Notes: generated from the letters alone by a model not told the origin. A stretch of DNA of 64,000 nucleotides from Sarea resinae (GCA_026026165.1 JAPEUD010000038.1:1-64000); one strand, 5' to 3'; shown: positions 46,812 through 59,132, counted from the first letter of the stretch. Numbers and translations are program-made.

Positions 46812-47689
46812 ATGGACTACTCCAGCGATACCCCCAATATGGACACGCTGGACCTCTCCGACCACGACTCGGACGATCTCTTCGCCTCCCCATCCCACAA
46901 GAAAGCCCCGAAACCCGTCGCAGCTGACCCCGCCGGCCCAATCCCAACGACGACATCCTCTTCTTCAAAGGCGCGCAATGGCGAGTCGCGCTTCGACGCC
47001 GAGGAAGTGCGAGAAGTGCGAGAGGCCGCGCTGCGGAAAGAACTCGAAGGCGTGCGCAACATCAACCAAGTCATCGAGGGCGTCATCGAGAGCCTGGACC
47101 GCGCAAAGGGCAACATGGATGTACGCAACCCTCTAGCCTATGCCGTCCCTGTACATGAGAGACCCAGTCTTGCTGATATGATGGTCCGTATATGAAGACG
47201 GTCTCGCGCACCGTGACCTCGGCCTCTACCCTGCTCAACACCTGGATCCGGATCCTATCGCAGACAGAGCACAATCAGCGCCTGATCCTGAACCCGTCCT
47301 GGCAAGGCGCCACCCAGGACGTCCTCGATATCGAGAACGAAAGCGTACTTCGGCAGCAGGCAGCCGAGCGGCGCGAACTGGAGGAACAGCAACGGCGGGA
47401 GACGGCTGCTGCACGGAGGGCTGAGGAAGAAAGGAGGAGGGCGGCCGAAGGGACGACTGGTGGCAGGGGTACTACGAGGGGTACTAGAGGTAGGGGAAGA
47501 GGTGCGTCGAGAGGTGTCGTGTCGAGCGGATATGGCCGCGTCACTAGCAGTTCGGCGGGCTATGTTGGGGTTGGGGGCCAGACGGGGACGCGGGGTCGTG
47601 GCATCAGTGGCTCATCTGGCCGGGCGGGGAGTGGGATTGGGAGAGGCTTGGGGAGCACGCGGGGAAGAGCGAGAGGCTCCGCTCGATAG
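46812..47689 (+). CDS. duo1: DASH/Dam1 complex subunit Duo1, 2 exons
   Basis: REAALRKELEGVRNINQVIEGVIESL...NMD|TVSRTVTSASTLLNTWIRILSQTEHNQRLILNPSWQGA with an RG-rich tail. Intron ~47121-47197. Confidence 0.88.
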
Positions 47690-47806
47690 GCATCATGATA
47701 TCTCGGAGAGGGGCATATCATTCCAGATGGTGGATTCCATTCTCAACCCTGCAAAACGCCTTCCTCGTCACTGTTTCGCTCAATTGCAAACATCTGCACT
47801 TGAAAT

Positions 47807-49234
47807 TCATTTCTTCTTCGACGCAGGCTTCTTCCCAAAGAAATCACTCATCTTCCTCATCCCCGACGTGTCGACCTTCTTCAGCTCCCTCATGGCCCTC
47901 GATTCCCCGGCCTTCTTCCTCTTCTCTTCCTCCTCCTTTTTCCGCTTCCTCTCCGCCCGACCCTCCATCGCCTCATCGTCCTCCTCAAAACCCCGTTTCC
48001 GGCTGAAGTCTCCCAATGACCGAGAGGCAAGCGCTTCAGCGCGAAGAGCTGCCAATTTATCCAGATGCTCTGTCAGGGGTGCGAAATTTAACGGACTGGT
48101 TGGAAGGGAAAGAAGGGCGTTGAGTTTGGTAGTGAGAGGGAGCTGGATGTAGGACGCTAGGATGAAATCTAACGATATTCGTAGACGGAGGAGATGTAGA
48201 AGTTCTTTTGATGCTGCTGAAGGAGATTCTTGCGTTACAGGGGCGGATGCCGCATCAGAGACTGACGTCGCTGGAGTGGATGTGTTTGTTTGGGAATCAA
48301 GCGATGGCTCCGAGCTTGTTGACTCGGAAAGCATCTCTATGCGGGGAGAAGCTGTAGCAGCTGCAGGTCCTTCCGTCGCGATCGATTCCTCTGCCATCAG
48401 TGAGATGGAGCTGTCCTCGCGCTTTACGCTCATAATGGGGACCTCGAGCGCCCTGCGGACGAACTTCTCCTCCAAACTTGCCGGGAGGCCTTGGCGTACG
48501 GCTTGCTCTGCTTTCCCCAGGAGGACTTTGAGCAGTTTTTCATGACTCAACCGGTACATCTTCTCGTCCCCTGCATCCACCGTGTCGCATATCGCCTCCA
48601 TTCTGTCTTCGAGGAGCCGGCGGATTTTTGGATGGGAGAATATCCGAGCATGCTTTGGTAACGCATCGGTTAGGGTATCAATATGATCGTCGAAAGAGAT
48701 GAACAGTTGATTGGGCGTTTCGGATTTGGTGGACGGTGAAGTGGGACTCAATGCTGGCAGGAGGAGGAAAATTGGGTCGAGGGGAGTCGCAACGAGAAGG
48801 TCCGCCGAATTCATTATGTAGCCTTCTGAACTTGATGAATTGGGCTCAGTCACGTCGACGGAAGACTCGACCACAGATGGCGCGTCGTTTGCAGCGCCAT
48901 CGTTCTCAATTGGTTTCGCTGCTGCTTCATCTGAGTTTGCCTTTGCCTTTGGGCTTGCTTGCTTTGCGAGCAACCAACTTCGGGGTACGCTCTTTGGGGC
49001 GGCAAGCTTGGTGAATTCGTAGAAACCCTTCTCAGGGCAGAAATAGTAGCGATTAGGAGTCGAGGTTCGGGGATTGGCCAATGTGACTATACGTGCTTCA
49101 GCTGTCGCATTCTGGGGGAGGACGAGGAGTTTGGGGGGATTTGGGTCATTCGCGTGCTGAGCAGGGGCTGGAATGGAAGTTGAGGTGGATGCTTTTTTGG
49201 AGACGGGCTTGGTGGCTTTGGCTCGAGTTCTCAT
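47807..49234 (-). CDS. rnh202: Ribonuclease H2 subunit B (Rnh202/Ydr279 family)
   Basis: RIVTLANPRT..RYYFCPEKGFYEF, LLVATPLDPIFLLLP, ICDTVDAGDEKMYRL and C-terminal PIP-box-like VDTSGMRKMSDFF. Confidence 0.88.
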   Translation of the reverse strand: MRTRAKATKPVSKKASTSTSIPAPAQHANDPNPPKLLVLPQNATAEARIVTLANPRTSTPNRYYFCPEKGFYEFTKLAAPKSVPRSWLLAKQASPKAKANSDEAAAKPIENDGAANDAPSVVESSVDVTEPNSSSSEGYIMNSADLLVATPLDPIFLLLPALSPTSPSTKSETPNQLFISFDDHIDTLTDALPKHARIFSHPKIRRLLEDRMEAICDTVDAGDEKMYRLSHEKLLKVLLGKAEQAVRQGLPASLEEKFVRRALEVPIMSVKREDSSISLMAEESIATEGPAAATASPRIEMLSESTSSEPSLDSQTNTSTPATSVSDAASAPVTQESPSAASKELLHLLRLRISLDFILASYIQLPLTTKLNALLSLPTSPLNFAPLTEHLDKLAALRAEALASRSLGDFSRKRGFEEDDEAMEGRAERKRKKEEEEKRKKAGESRAMRELKKVDTSGMRKMSDFFGKKPASKKK

Positions 49235-49345
49235 CTTTGCGAGTGTGATGAGCTTTCCAATGGAGTGAGAGTGAGAGAAATGAAGGCCGAACAAAGTAAT
49301 AATTACATGCGATGAGCTGCAGTTACGTGCAATCCGCCGTGGTTG

Positions 49346-49397
49346 ACGCGCGGTAGCGAAGGACGCGAAGACGGAGACGAGACGAGATGAGACGCGT
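49346..49397. promoter_or_regulatory. MCB-like (ACGCG) cluster in the rnh202/mcm10 divergent promoter
   Basis: ACGCG at 49346, ACGCGA at 49363, ACGCGT at 49392. Confidence 0.55.
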
Positions 49398-49662
49398 TTC
49401 AACCACTGCACGTACCCCATGTGCAGTGGGCTGTTTGGACCATTCCCGCTGTTTACATGCGTTGGATTTCACCAACCTTCGAGCTTCAAGCTTCAAGCTT
49501 CGAACCCTTCGTGATTGCTTGAGGACAGCGGACTGTAGTCGATCTGCTACCCACCAGCGACAAGACGAGCATGCTCTGACTCTGGGGACGGGCCGTTTAC
49601 CCTCCCCTCCACAAAGGACTGACCATCGAAAAGTCGCATGCTTGGCTGCGCCGCCATGTGCC

Positions 49663-52347
49663 ATGTCAAGAGGTAGGCACTCCGTAATGGGGGAGCTATG
49701 AAGTGAAGTGCAGCATTGACAATAGCCTGCAGCCTCCGTTGAACCAAATTGGCCTCCTCGGTCGCCCCATGAGGCATTCCTAAGTTCACCCTCTGGTCGA
49801 AATAAACAGCGCCGGCTTCAGGAACGACTATCACCCTCTCCATCGCCCCTAAAAGGCCGAACATTGACTCCGTCTTTCCGAGAGCGATCCCGGCGGCTTC
49901 TTCATGAAGAGGAGGATGTGGATGTTGGCGACGAAGACGAAGACGACGAGGAGACGATCCAGCTGCAACTCCAGGCCATCGAGGCCCGCTTGAAACTCAA
50001 GAAGCTGCGTCAGGCGAGAGCGAAAGCTGCTGCGCCAGGTTCCGACGTCGAACATGACCGAGAAAGAGGGTCTGGAAACTCTAGTAGGGCGGGCTCTGCG
50101 GCTGACCGCGAACGAGGTGGCCCCAGGGTGGGGAGGTTGTCGAAATCCAAGTCTCAATCAGATATACAAGTCCCACTTTCGCCTCCAGAAAAGAGAACTG
50201 TTACACAGGAGCCTAAATCGCCAAGCAGAGTGCTTTTGGGAATAGACAAAGGCCTGAAAGGACGCAATGTCTCCCTACGCAGGGCCCCGAGCCTTCGAGA
50301 GGAGAATGGACGGAGCCAAACTGCTCAGGGTTCGAGTCGTGAACTCTTTTGCTCGAATACTTTTGGTGGGTCGCTACGATCAACGAACACGACATCCACC
50401 GGACTAGAGAGACAGCCGAAGACTTTTAGTGAAAGAATAGCAGAGAGCAGATTGAGTGAGCGGGAACGACAGGAGAAGCAGGAACTCCTACGCAAATCAC
50501 GAAGTAAAGGATTCGGACTCGGCGAGAATGAGCTGAAAGGTCTCAAAGCGGCAGCCGAAGCTCAAGAACGCAATGTAGAAAGAGATCCTCCAACGACATA
50601 TGGCGAACGCGAATATACGAGGGAGGAAATCTTGCAGTCGCTTCATGGCAAGCACCTACACAGGGGTCGCACTTCTTCAGACTTAGATGCTGGTTTACGG
50701 CGAGCAAGAACACCGGCAACAAAGAATGCATCAAATGACTCGTCTGCTCGATCTCAAACACCAGCATTTTCCAAAAGGCTCCCAACGTCTGAATCCCAGC
50801 CTCAGTCAACCCCCCCTTCCGACCCCCCTTCCGACCTTCAGCCCAAGGCATCCAACGATACGACCTCTTCCGATCCCTCCCTATTCGAGTCCTTCTCCTC
50901 CCTCCATCTTTCGAAACGTCTTCTCCCCCACAAGTTCCTCACCCGCACTCTCGAGGGCAAGAGTCTATTCTCCATACCAGATCTCCTCAAGATAGTTAAA
51001 GCACCGGCTTACGACGCCCCCGACGTACCCACCGATATTGTCATCTTTGGTACCATCGCCTCAAAATCGACGCCAAGATCACACAAAGAGGATGCTCACA
51101 GAACGGCCACACATGGCGAAAAGTCCGATAGCGGCAGGGGAAAGTACATGATTCTTAAACTCACCGACTTGAAATGGGAACTCGATCTCTTTCTCTTCAA
51201 CACGGGCTTCGACCGCTTCTGGAAACTCACTCCTGGGACCGTCATCGCCGTCCTCAACCCCACCATCATGCCTCCTCCAGCCCATAAACGCGACACGGGC
51301 AAATTCTCCCTCACACTGAACTCCAGTGACGACACTGTCCTCGAGATCGGTACAGCCCGGGATTTGGGCTTCTGTAAGAGCGTCAAGAAAGACGGCCAAG
51401 TATGCAGCCAATGGATTGACAAACGCCACACCGAATTCTGCGAATTTCACGTCAATCTCCAACTCCAGAAAACCAAAGCTGGCAGAATGGAAGTCAATAC
51501 AATGACTGCCCCATTCGCTCCCGGCGGTCGGTCAGCGTCCGGAAATACTTGGAGCCGAGGCCGAGGTGCTAAAGCTAAGGACGACGGTCTTAAGAAGGAA
51601 GGCCCTCAGCACGACCGCGAAACTCATACAGCCTTTTTCATCGCCCCTGGTCGGTCCGGCGGTGGCGGCCGTACCACAGCCTCCCTTCTTGATGACGAAG
51701 ACCATGACCCGGACATCTTCCACCGCGGCACAAACAAGGAAGAACGGCTACGCCGCCGTCTCGCCGAGCGCGAGCGCGAACGCGATATTGCGCGCAAACT
51801 GGGCGAGAGCGGTACTGGTGGCGTGGGGAGTACCATAGGTGCCGAGTATCTGCGCGCTTCTCGCGGTAGTGGCGGTTCAGGCGATACAGCAAACGACGAC
51901 ATCAATAGCAATCCCAACGAAATCCTCGGAGCGGCGAGAAGTCGAGAGCTCATGGGCGTGAGAGCAACTGATGTACGGCTTAGTCCCATGAAGCGCAAGC
52001 GCGCCCTTACGTCTACCTCCAAGTCTTCTTCGGGGGCGATGGGCTGGTCAGGCGCGTTCAGGCAGGATCTCCTACCCATGAGTCCTACGAAGAATACAGT
52101 GGAACGGAGGAGTCGTTCTCCGGCCAAAACAAGTGGCATGGTGGAAGGAGTAGCTGGCGATGCTCAGCCTCCGGTGCGGAAAAAGACCCGATTCGTGACT
52201 GCCAAGGGGATCAGGGAGGCTGGAAGAGAGAGCCTTGGTGGGCTTGGTGGAGGTGCGAGCGGTATCAACAATCACGGAAATGAAGACCATGATAATCACG
52301 ACGGAATTGACGATGACGACGATGACGACGGGCTTGAGATCGTATAG
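49663..52347 (+). CDS. mcm10: DNA replication factor Mcm10/Cdc23, short first exon
   Basis: Spliced N-terminus MSR|ASVEPNWPPRSPHEAFLSSPSGR, coiled coil LQLQAIEARLKLKKL, OB fold (GTIASKS, KYMILKLTDL, PGTVIAVLNP) and CCCH zinc finger DLGFCKSVKKDGQVC...FCEFH. Confidence 0.92.
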
Positions 52348-52383
52348 GTTTCCCTCTCATCTTCTCTCCCCCACGCAAGCAAG

Positions 52384-52397
52384 CACACACACACACA

Positions 52398-52457
<60 letters not shown>
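52384..52457. repeat. (CA)8 followed by (CT)~29 microsatellite
   Basis: Directly visible just downstream of the mcm10 stop. Confidence 0.95.
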
Positions 52458-52461
<4 letters not shown>

Positions 52462-52969
52462 CGAGCACGAGCCGCATACATCCCAGCCGTTCCCGCTGTT
52501 CTCATTCTTCAAACTCACCGAAGGGCATAGGCGCAGTCCGGCGTATTCCTATGCATGGATATTTACGGCGTTCCTTTTCTCTATTCTTTTCTGTCCTTTT
52601 TCTTTAGTATCTAGGCTCATCTCATTAGGATACCCGAAACCAGCTACCGGATAGCGAGGAAAAGGTTTTAGATAATGATCAAAAATCCATTTCGTCTAAT
52701 TTGTTTGCTGAACGTGATTCTTGAGCTTCCTTAGATGATCTTGATGACTGAGAACAACTATAGCTCTGAAAGCTACCCCGGATCCGTTTACAATATCTTC
52801 CTTTTTAGGGGGGAAAGTGGGATAGAAAACCGTAGGAGATAGGGCAAAGCCTAGTACTTAATATTTAATAGAGAAAGAGGATGACATTGGCTTTCTTAAC
52901 TCTACTACTTCTATCTAACAATATATAGATGCTTTGAATCTCTAACTAGGGATTTGATAATCTACAATA

Positions 52970-53087
52970 TGTAAGGAGCACTACGCTATATAGTAGGCAA
53001 ATAGGCATAGCCTAGGCAAGCTAGTTAATAGTAGTCTTTTTAGATAGCTTATATAGGAACAGGTTTGCCAATTTCCTAGTATATACA
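52970..53087 (+). mobile_element. Solo-LTR-like element, copy 2, with 5-bp target-site duplication CAATA
   Basis: TGTAAG...TATACA flanked by CAATA at 52965-52969 and 53088-53092. Confidence 0.75.
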
Positions 53088-53354
53088 CAATAAGAACCTT
53101 ATAAAGCTAGCTTATACCAATGACTGACAATATAAGGGTTAGAACCCTCTCTAAGGACTAAATAAGACAAAGTCTTATAGCGCTATAGCCTAGTTTATCT
53201 AAGTCATACCTAGTATTTACCTACCTCCTATATATAGCAGTATTACTGTGTTTAGATATTAGTAGTATAGTAGATAAAAGTATATAATTAAATATAGGGT
53301 AAGTATACAACGCTAGAGGAAGTAAGCTTTAATAGCAGCAACTCATAATATTTT

Positions 53355-53470
53355 TGTAAGGACTAGTAAATAGGCAAACCTGTTCCTACATAAGCTATCT
53401 AAAAAGACTACTATAACCTGGCTTGTCTAGTCTATGCCTATTTGCCTACTATATAGCAACGCGCCTCACA
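53355..53470 (-). mobile_element. Solo-LTR-like element, copy 3 (inverted)
   Basis: The reverse complement reads TGTGAGGCGCGTTGCTATATAGTAGGCAAATAGGCATAG...TTTGCCTATTTACTAGTCCTTACA and aligns to copies 1 and 2. Confidence 0.72.
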
Positions 53471-53789
53471 TTTCTTATTTCCTGTCAGAACCCGAGCTCG
53501 AGAAGTGTTTCGAGTCATTGCGATTCCTGGTTTCATAAGACTGCTGGTGTATCTGATCAGATGAGCCTCTGCTTCGCACTGTAGGTAGGTATGCCGGTCT
53601 AGTTTTAGTATCTGTAGATGTTCAATCAGACCCTATAAAGGCGAGCCGCTAGAGCGATGTAAAAAGGTCCGGCATGCGAGCGTCGTTATTAACCCCTCCT
53701 CATATCCCACATCTCGGAGAAGAGCACTGCAGTGCGAGAGAGAGCTCTGTTTCTCCCCACGCTGATCCAATTCGAGCAGCGGAAATGGG

Positions 53790-53930
53790 AAACCGCGAAC
53801 GGTCTAGTTCGGCCGAATACTGGAAGAGATATTTGGCCGGTGCCGAATCGTGCTAATTCGCCCAGACACTACTGTCAAACACCGATGCTGCGAAGGAGTG
53901 CCAAACTTACCAATTCGATCTTGGAGAGCG
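53790..53930 (+). pseudogene. Possible NRPS condensation-domain fragment
   Basis: RSSSAEYWKRYLAGAESC*FAQ resembles the fungal C-domain YWxxYLxGxxPCxFP segment. TAA at 53854 could be a mutated CAA. Confidence 0.35.
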
Positions 53931-56184
53931 CCACGGTCGACGAGGGAGCAAGGCGAAGCGGCACGGGCGAAGCGGCACGGGCGAAGGCGGAGCAGGCGGC
54001 GATGCGGAGCAAGCGGAGCAGGGGACGGGGCACGGGGGGCCATCAACGCTCATCGTCCCGCATTATGTCGCCCTCTAGTCGAGGCCGTTCGCCCAGCATG
54101 CCTGATACTGGCCTCGCCTCTGACCGCAATCCCCTCTGCAAACAGACTTTTCAGCAGGCTGCCCACTTGCGAGACCAGTGCCACTGCGAGAGAGATCGGC
54201 GCTCCCTTTCCTCTGCCCTTGCCTTTCCACCAGAAAGGACTGAGCCTGATATATTTTGTACCTTCCTGCAATAGTAATCGAACAAAATGTTGTTGAAGAC
54301 TCTCACGGCTCTGACTTTTCCCTGTAGTTGCTATCGTGATTCATTCTCATTAAAGGGGTGAACTCCTGATAACAGGCAGTCGTAATACATTATGGCGGAA
54401 TTTCTGTTGGTATAAGGCCAGCCGGGTTCTCTGTAGTCCTCTTACATTGCGCCCGGGCTGATTTCATGTTTTTCAATCTTGCAGGCCTGTTATACAAGGT
54501 GGTTCTCAAAGCCTTTCGGTTATCTTTGTTCCCTCCAAGTGTTTTACAAGCTTCCTTTCGATGACCTGACCACTGGTGGCGTATTGTTTCGATGGTAAGA
54601 CAGTCCAATCATGGTGAAAATTGAAAAGAAGGACCGGTAGATCAACTACACTCCCCAGGTTTTGAAGATCGGTAGCTACCACTCCGAGCCATCCGATCAA
54701 ACGCCCTCTTTGCTGCCTTTTTGTTCTTATTCATCGGGACTAGAGATGAAGGTTGCTGATCCAGAACGAACAAGATTTATGGCTTGAAAGAGAGAAGAGC
54801 GTTGATGAGCGTTGATTGACTTGAGACATGCTTTCCGAAAATTGATATAGTAGTTCTGTGAAAAAAATTATTGTCAGAGCTGTGTCCGCGACTCTTTGCT
54901 AGCGGATGTATCCTTCGGGCGATTTTGTATTTTGCGTCCAGATCTTTGCAAGGTATTGAGGGGATTATATATACGGGGCTTGCGGGCCCAGAGTGTCCAC
55001 TTCCGACACACTGGATTATTCGCTGGTTCCTTTTCCATGCATCAGCGTCACGGCTCTATGGCCATCGGAAACAAAACAGAATATCTGGTACAGAAAATCT
55101 GCACTACTCATTGGAGAATAACATAGACAACGTAACTTGTTAGTATCTGATATCAGAAGAAGACAAAATACTCTTCTCACCAACACCGTCATACATGATA
55201 CTTTTCAATATCAGGGTCATCAAGAGAATACCGCGTATGCCCTACAGTCGAGTAAAGCTAGTCGTCAGTTTGACTAAACGGAAGGGTATCTTACCCTCGA
55301 CGGAACGCCGCTCATCTCCTTCAGAAATTTCGCATACATAATTGCCACGTATCTGGCACCCATAATTTTATCCACAGATACACAAAGAACAAGAAAATCT
55401 CCCCACGAACTAAAAGGTAAAGACGCAAAGAGGAGGTTCTGTCCGTCAGACAGCTTTTGTGGTGGTGATATTCCGAATGAAGAGATGAGGCCAGATAGGG
55501 GACTCATTCAGCTTCACTGTCAACGAGAAGACGTGAATGAAGGATCATAGCTCCTATAGCTTCAAGAGGGCCCGAGAGGAAGTAAGAGAGTCAGACTTCA
55601 ATCACACAAACAATTAGACCCGTAAAGCCATGAAAGCTTAGGAGCCACGAACAACGATTTCCGAGATCAAAAACGAGAATCAGAAGCCGATGCAAACGGT
55701 ATGAATGTGTGTGAAGGGAATGCAGAGCAGTGAGCGTCCAAATACGAGTGAATTGGAGGACAAAAGGACTTCAAAGGGAGCAGTGAATGAATGAGAATTA
55801 TGCATGCAAGCGCCAAGGTACTAAGTCACTTATACAACTCTATAGTTACTCCTTTTGTAGATATCGTACGATGGTGTCGTCGGGTGATAGTGCCATGCTT
55901 CGGCTGAACCAAGGCGGATAGGAGAAGGTAGGCAAGGATATATCGGCTTCGAGAGATGAGATAGCGAGATGATTGAGGCCCGCCCTTCCGTGAATGATAT
56001 CACAAGCGCAAAACACGCAAAATAATCAAGGGTCTGCAAAAGAAGATACGAGACGGTCAGGGAGAGAGGAAAATAGGATATCGGTTATCTCTATCGATCG
56101 ATATTATGAATCCAATTCACTCGTGGCCCCCTTCCTCTGTAGACCATGGCTTATACCACCCATCTCTTGCTAGATGGATTCCAA

Positions 56185-58776
56185 TCAACGTCGCCCCAGG
56201 TCCACATCCAACACCTTCTTCAACTCTGGCTTATGTCTTGCAGTCGTACTCTCCTCCCCACTCGCCTTCGCGCTGAACGAGTCCCACCCCAGAAATTGTT
56301 CTAGAGCCAAGCTAACAACGTTTTCCCACAGCCTTGCAACAATTCCCTTCAAGCTGTCGCCCGTCTGCGCAAAGTCGGGAAAGGCGTTGATCTCTAGTAA
56401 CCAAGCGTTAGCCTGGTCGTCGACCAGAAAGTCAACGCCAAAGACCTCGAAGGCATTGGGCAACGGCTGGAAATGCGTTGGCATAGTGCGGGCGGCAGCG
56501 AGGAAGACTTCACCCGTGACGGCGCATATCTGAGCGAAGACGTCTTCCTTCCAACCGGCAGGAGCGGACGACGAATCCTCGAACGACCCAAAGGGCTGGA
56601 CGGAAGAGGGGTCGGGGTTCGCGGACTGGAGACAGGTATTTGTGAGATGGGAGTCTAGATCTTGGTTGGGGTCTTCCGTCGACCACGGTGGTGAGTACGG
56701 CGTCCGAGCGAAGAGAGCGAGCATTTCTGGGTACACGTAGACTTTTAGAGAGCCGATAGCTAGTACGTAAGTTCTGATATGAAATTTGCGGGGTTGTCCT
56801 TCATTCGCCCCTGGAGTCTTGAGCAGAAGAGGAGGGTCAATGTAAGGCTGCGCGATAAAGTGGCGCAGTTGCGACGTGACGATACCTGAGCCAGTCTTCT
56901 CGTCATTTTCGTTGGCCGCCGATTGCTCGGGCTCACTCTCTGGCTCATCATCAGTATCGGGTTCCTCCTCTTCCCATTCTTCGAAGATTGACGTTAGCTC
57001 TTCTTCGGTGCTAAAGAGTCTGATGCCCTGGCCCCGGTCACTCATTCCCGGTTTGAGGATCCACCACTCTCTCTCGTCTTTGTCCTTTCCCTCGTTTCTT
57101 TGCCACGATTCTCGAAGTTCATAGGCCTCGAGAAGTGCATCGTCCAGGAACTCTGCGTAATCTACTTCGAAATCTATAGCTGGCTTAATGTGCTTTTTAA
57201 GGATCGAATCAGGGTGCTTCGTGATCCAATTGAATACTGTCGTTGATAAATAGTGCTTTCGAATCAGCGCCTTCCGGATAACGTACGCGTTGGCGAATGA
57301 TGTCTTTGGATGAGATAGGATATGTTCGAAATCTAGGGATTCATATGAGGTGATCTGTAGGACCGGTACACCCGGTTCTGGGAGATCAGAGGTTGACTGA
57401 ATAGTTTTGTGAAGTGAACAGCGGCAGCTTTCGAGAGCCCGAAGGATAAGCGGTTGCACATAAGGGTCTTCGTAGTCGATCAGCACACTCAATGGGGGCT
57501 GAGAAGAGTTGGGTGCTTCGTTCCTGAAAGGAGATTGGAATATGTTAGAAGACACGAGAGCATCTAGAAAGCTCGTCGTAGGCCGTGAATAGCAGATCGA
57601 AATGCAACAAACTTTTGCCATCATAATCATTCATTCATTGACGGAATATGCCTATTTGCGCTATAAACACGATATGCTAGTCCACTCACAGCTTCAGCTC
57701 TCCTTCGATCGGCGAGGCATGCATGAAATTGGCTTTCAACGGAGTGACACTGATCCCATGTCAGGTCATCGGGGATATTTAGCAGAAACAAAAACAAGGT
57801 ACGACTCACCTGGTGTACCCCTCTTTAACCGCCCAGCCATCATTGCCCGGCGGCGCTTTCTCGACGCTCTGATAGACGTCAGAGAATTTTGGCGCCCACT
57901 TGAAATGCTTATGTTGATGCCTAGAAACTCCATGTTCTATTGTCTCATCCCCATTTATCTCCTCCTCCCTGATCTGTTTTTCGTGTTCCTTCGGGTTCTC
58001 TTCCTCATCCTCAGCTTCGACCTCCTGAAAGGAGCTCCCCGACGACCAATAATTTTGAAGCATATTTGTGAAGACGACCTTGTGGCTCTCCACATCCTCG
58101 ACCAACGGCACGTTCACATTATAGAGGTCCACGCCAGCACTCCAATTTCGATATAGATGCTCGATCACCTTGACGGATAGTCTCGATGCCCCCGCAATGA
58201 TTTCTGGATCATGATTACGTGAGAAAAATGCATATGACAACGCAATGGCTCGCCTTCCGCACACGGCCGCTTCCAGAGCACCGCCGATAGTGCCGCTTGA
58301 TAACGCGAACACTGCCGTCGAGTTTCGACCGTAATTCGGTCCGGAGACCACCAGGTCAACGGGACTTCTGTCCTTGAAAAAGTGATAGAGCCCTATCTGT
58401 ACACAGCTGGCTGGGGTACCATCAACAAGAACCCACTCTTCGCCTTTTGCGCCTTGTGGTAATGGCCGTGAATGTGTCGTTCCGTCATCCTTGTGTACGG
58501 TTCCAGGTCTGAAATAAGTGGGAACTACAGTCGCTCCAACTATATGCGCCTTCCCGATCCATGATCGCTGGGTATGAGGCAGCACAACCGACACGGTGTG
58601 GCCGGCAGCCTGCAGATGGCTGATGAAAGAATGGACATACGGAGACGATTGGTTGGACGGGGGTCCGTCGTCGTTGACGACCTAAAACGAAATCTCTTGT
58701 CAGTCCAGACAGGTCCACCGAAGCAAGCACCAAGCACCGAGCACAGCAAAGGAACCACCCATACCAGTATATGCAT
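56185..58776 (-). CDS. pby1: Pby1-like SurE + tubulin-tyrosine-ligase (ATP-grasp) fusion, 4 exons (58765-58776, 57810-58681, 57690-57749, 56185-57523)
   Basis: SurE motifs MHILVVNDDGP, QRSWIGKAH, GTPASC, SGPNYGRN and SSGTIGGA. TTL motifs IRKALIRKHYL, WILKPGMSDRGQGI, RKFHIRTYVL, HLTNTCLQ, FEVFGVDF and LLEINAFPDF. Confidence 0.9.
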
Positions 58777-59132
58777 GATCTCCGAATGCCTTCAAGAAGT
58801 GAAGAGGAAGAGGAGAAAGAGGGAAAAGGAGGGTCAATTGAGAGGGAACCAGCAGCGACTGCGACGTGGCTTGCATTACCGGTACGTTCGACTGCCCGAC
58901 TTATCGATAGCGCAATGGATACGGTTTGGGTCCAACAGCCCCAACGTACCCAGCAGGTAGTATTATTCACCTGGATCACGTCTTCAGCGCCAATGGCAAT
59001 TGGATACTGAATAAGGCAAAAGGAGCTGGAGGTATTCTAGATTCCGCCCCTGGGGTCCCGAAGCAGAGAAAATCACGGCAGCACCCTTATCATATGGTTT
59101 GATGTGATTAACACATCGTCTATCAAATGCGG

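Larger units (their letters stand above)
52800..53470. mobile_element. AT-rich, TpA-rich degenerate transposon relic (RIP-like)
   Basis: Abrupt GC drop, abundant TAG/CTA/TATA and no ORFs. Contains two copies of the ~118-bp repeat. Confidence 0.7.

Noticed and set aside
47807..49420. 62-codon N-terminal extension of RNase H2B in the ORF track
   Set aside because: It overlaps the promoter and MCB cluster; the ATG at 49234 (MRTRAK) is the more plausible start.
54300..56100. Several 60-90-aa ORFs between the relic and pby1
   Set aside because: No recognisable domains or consistent splice structure; possibly decayed sequence, but unsupported.
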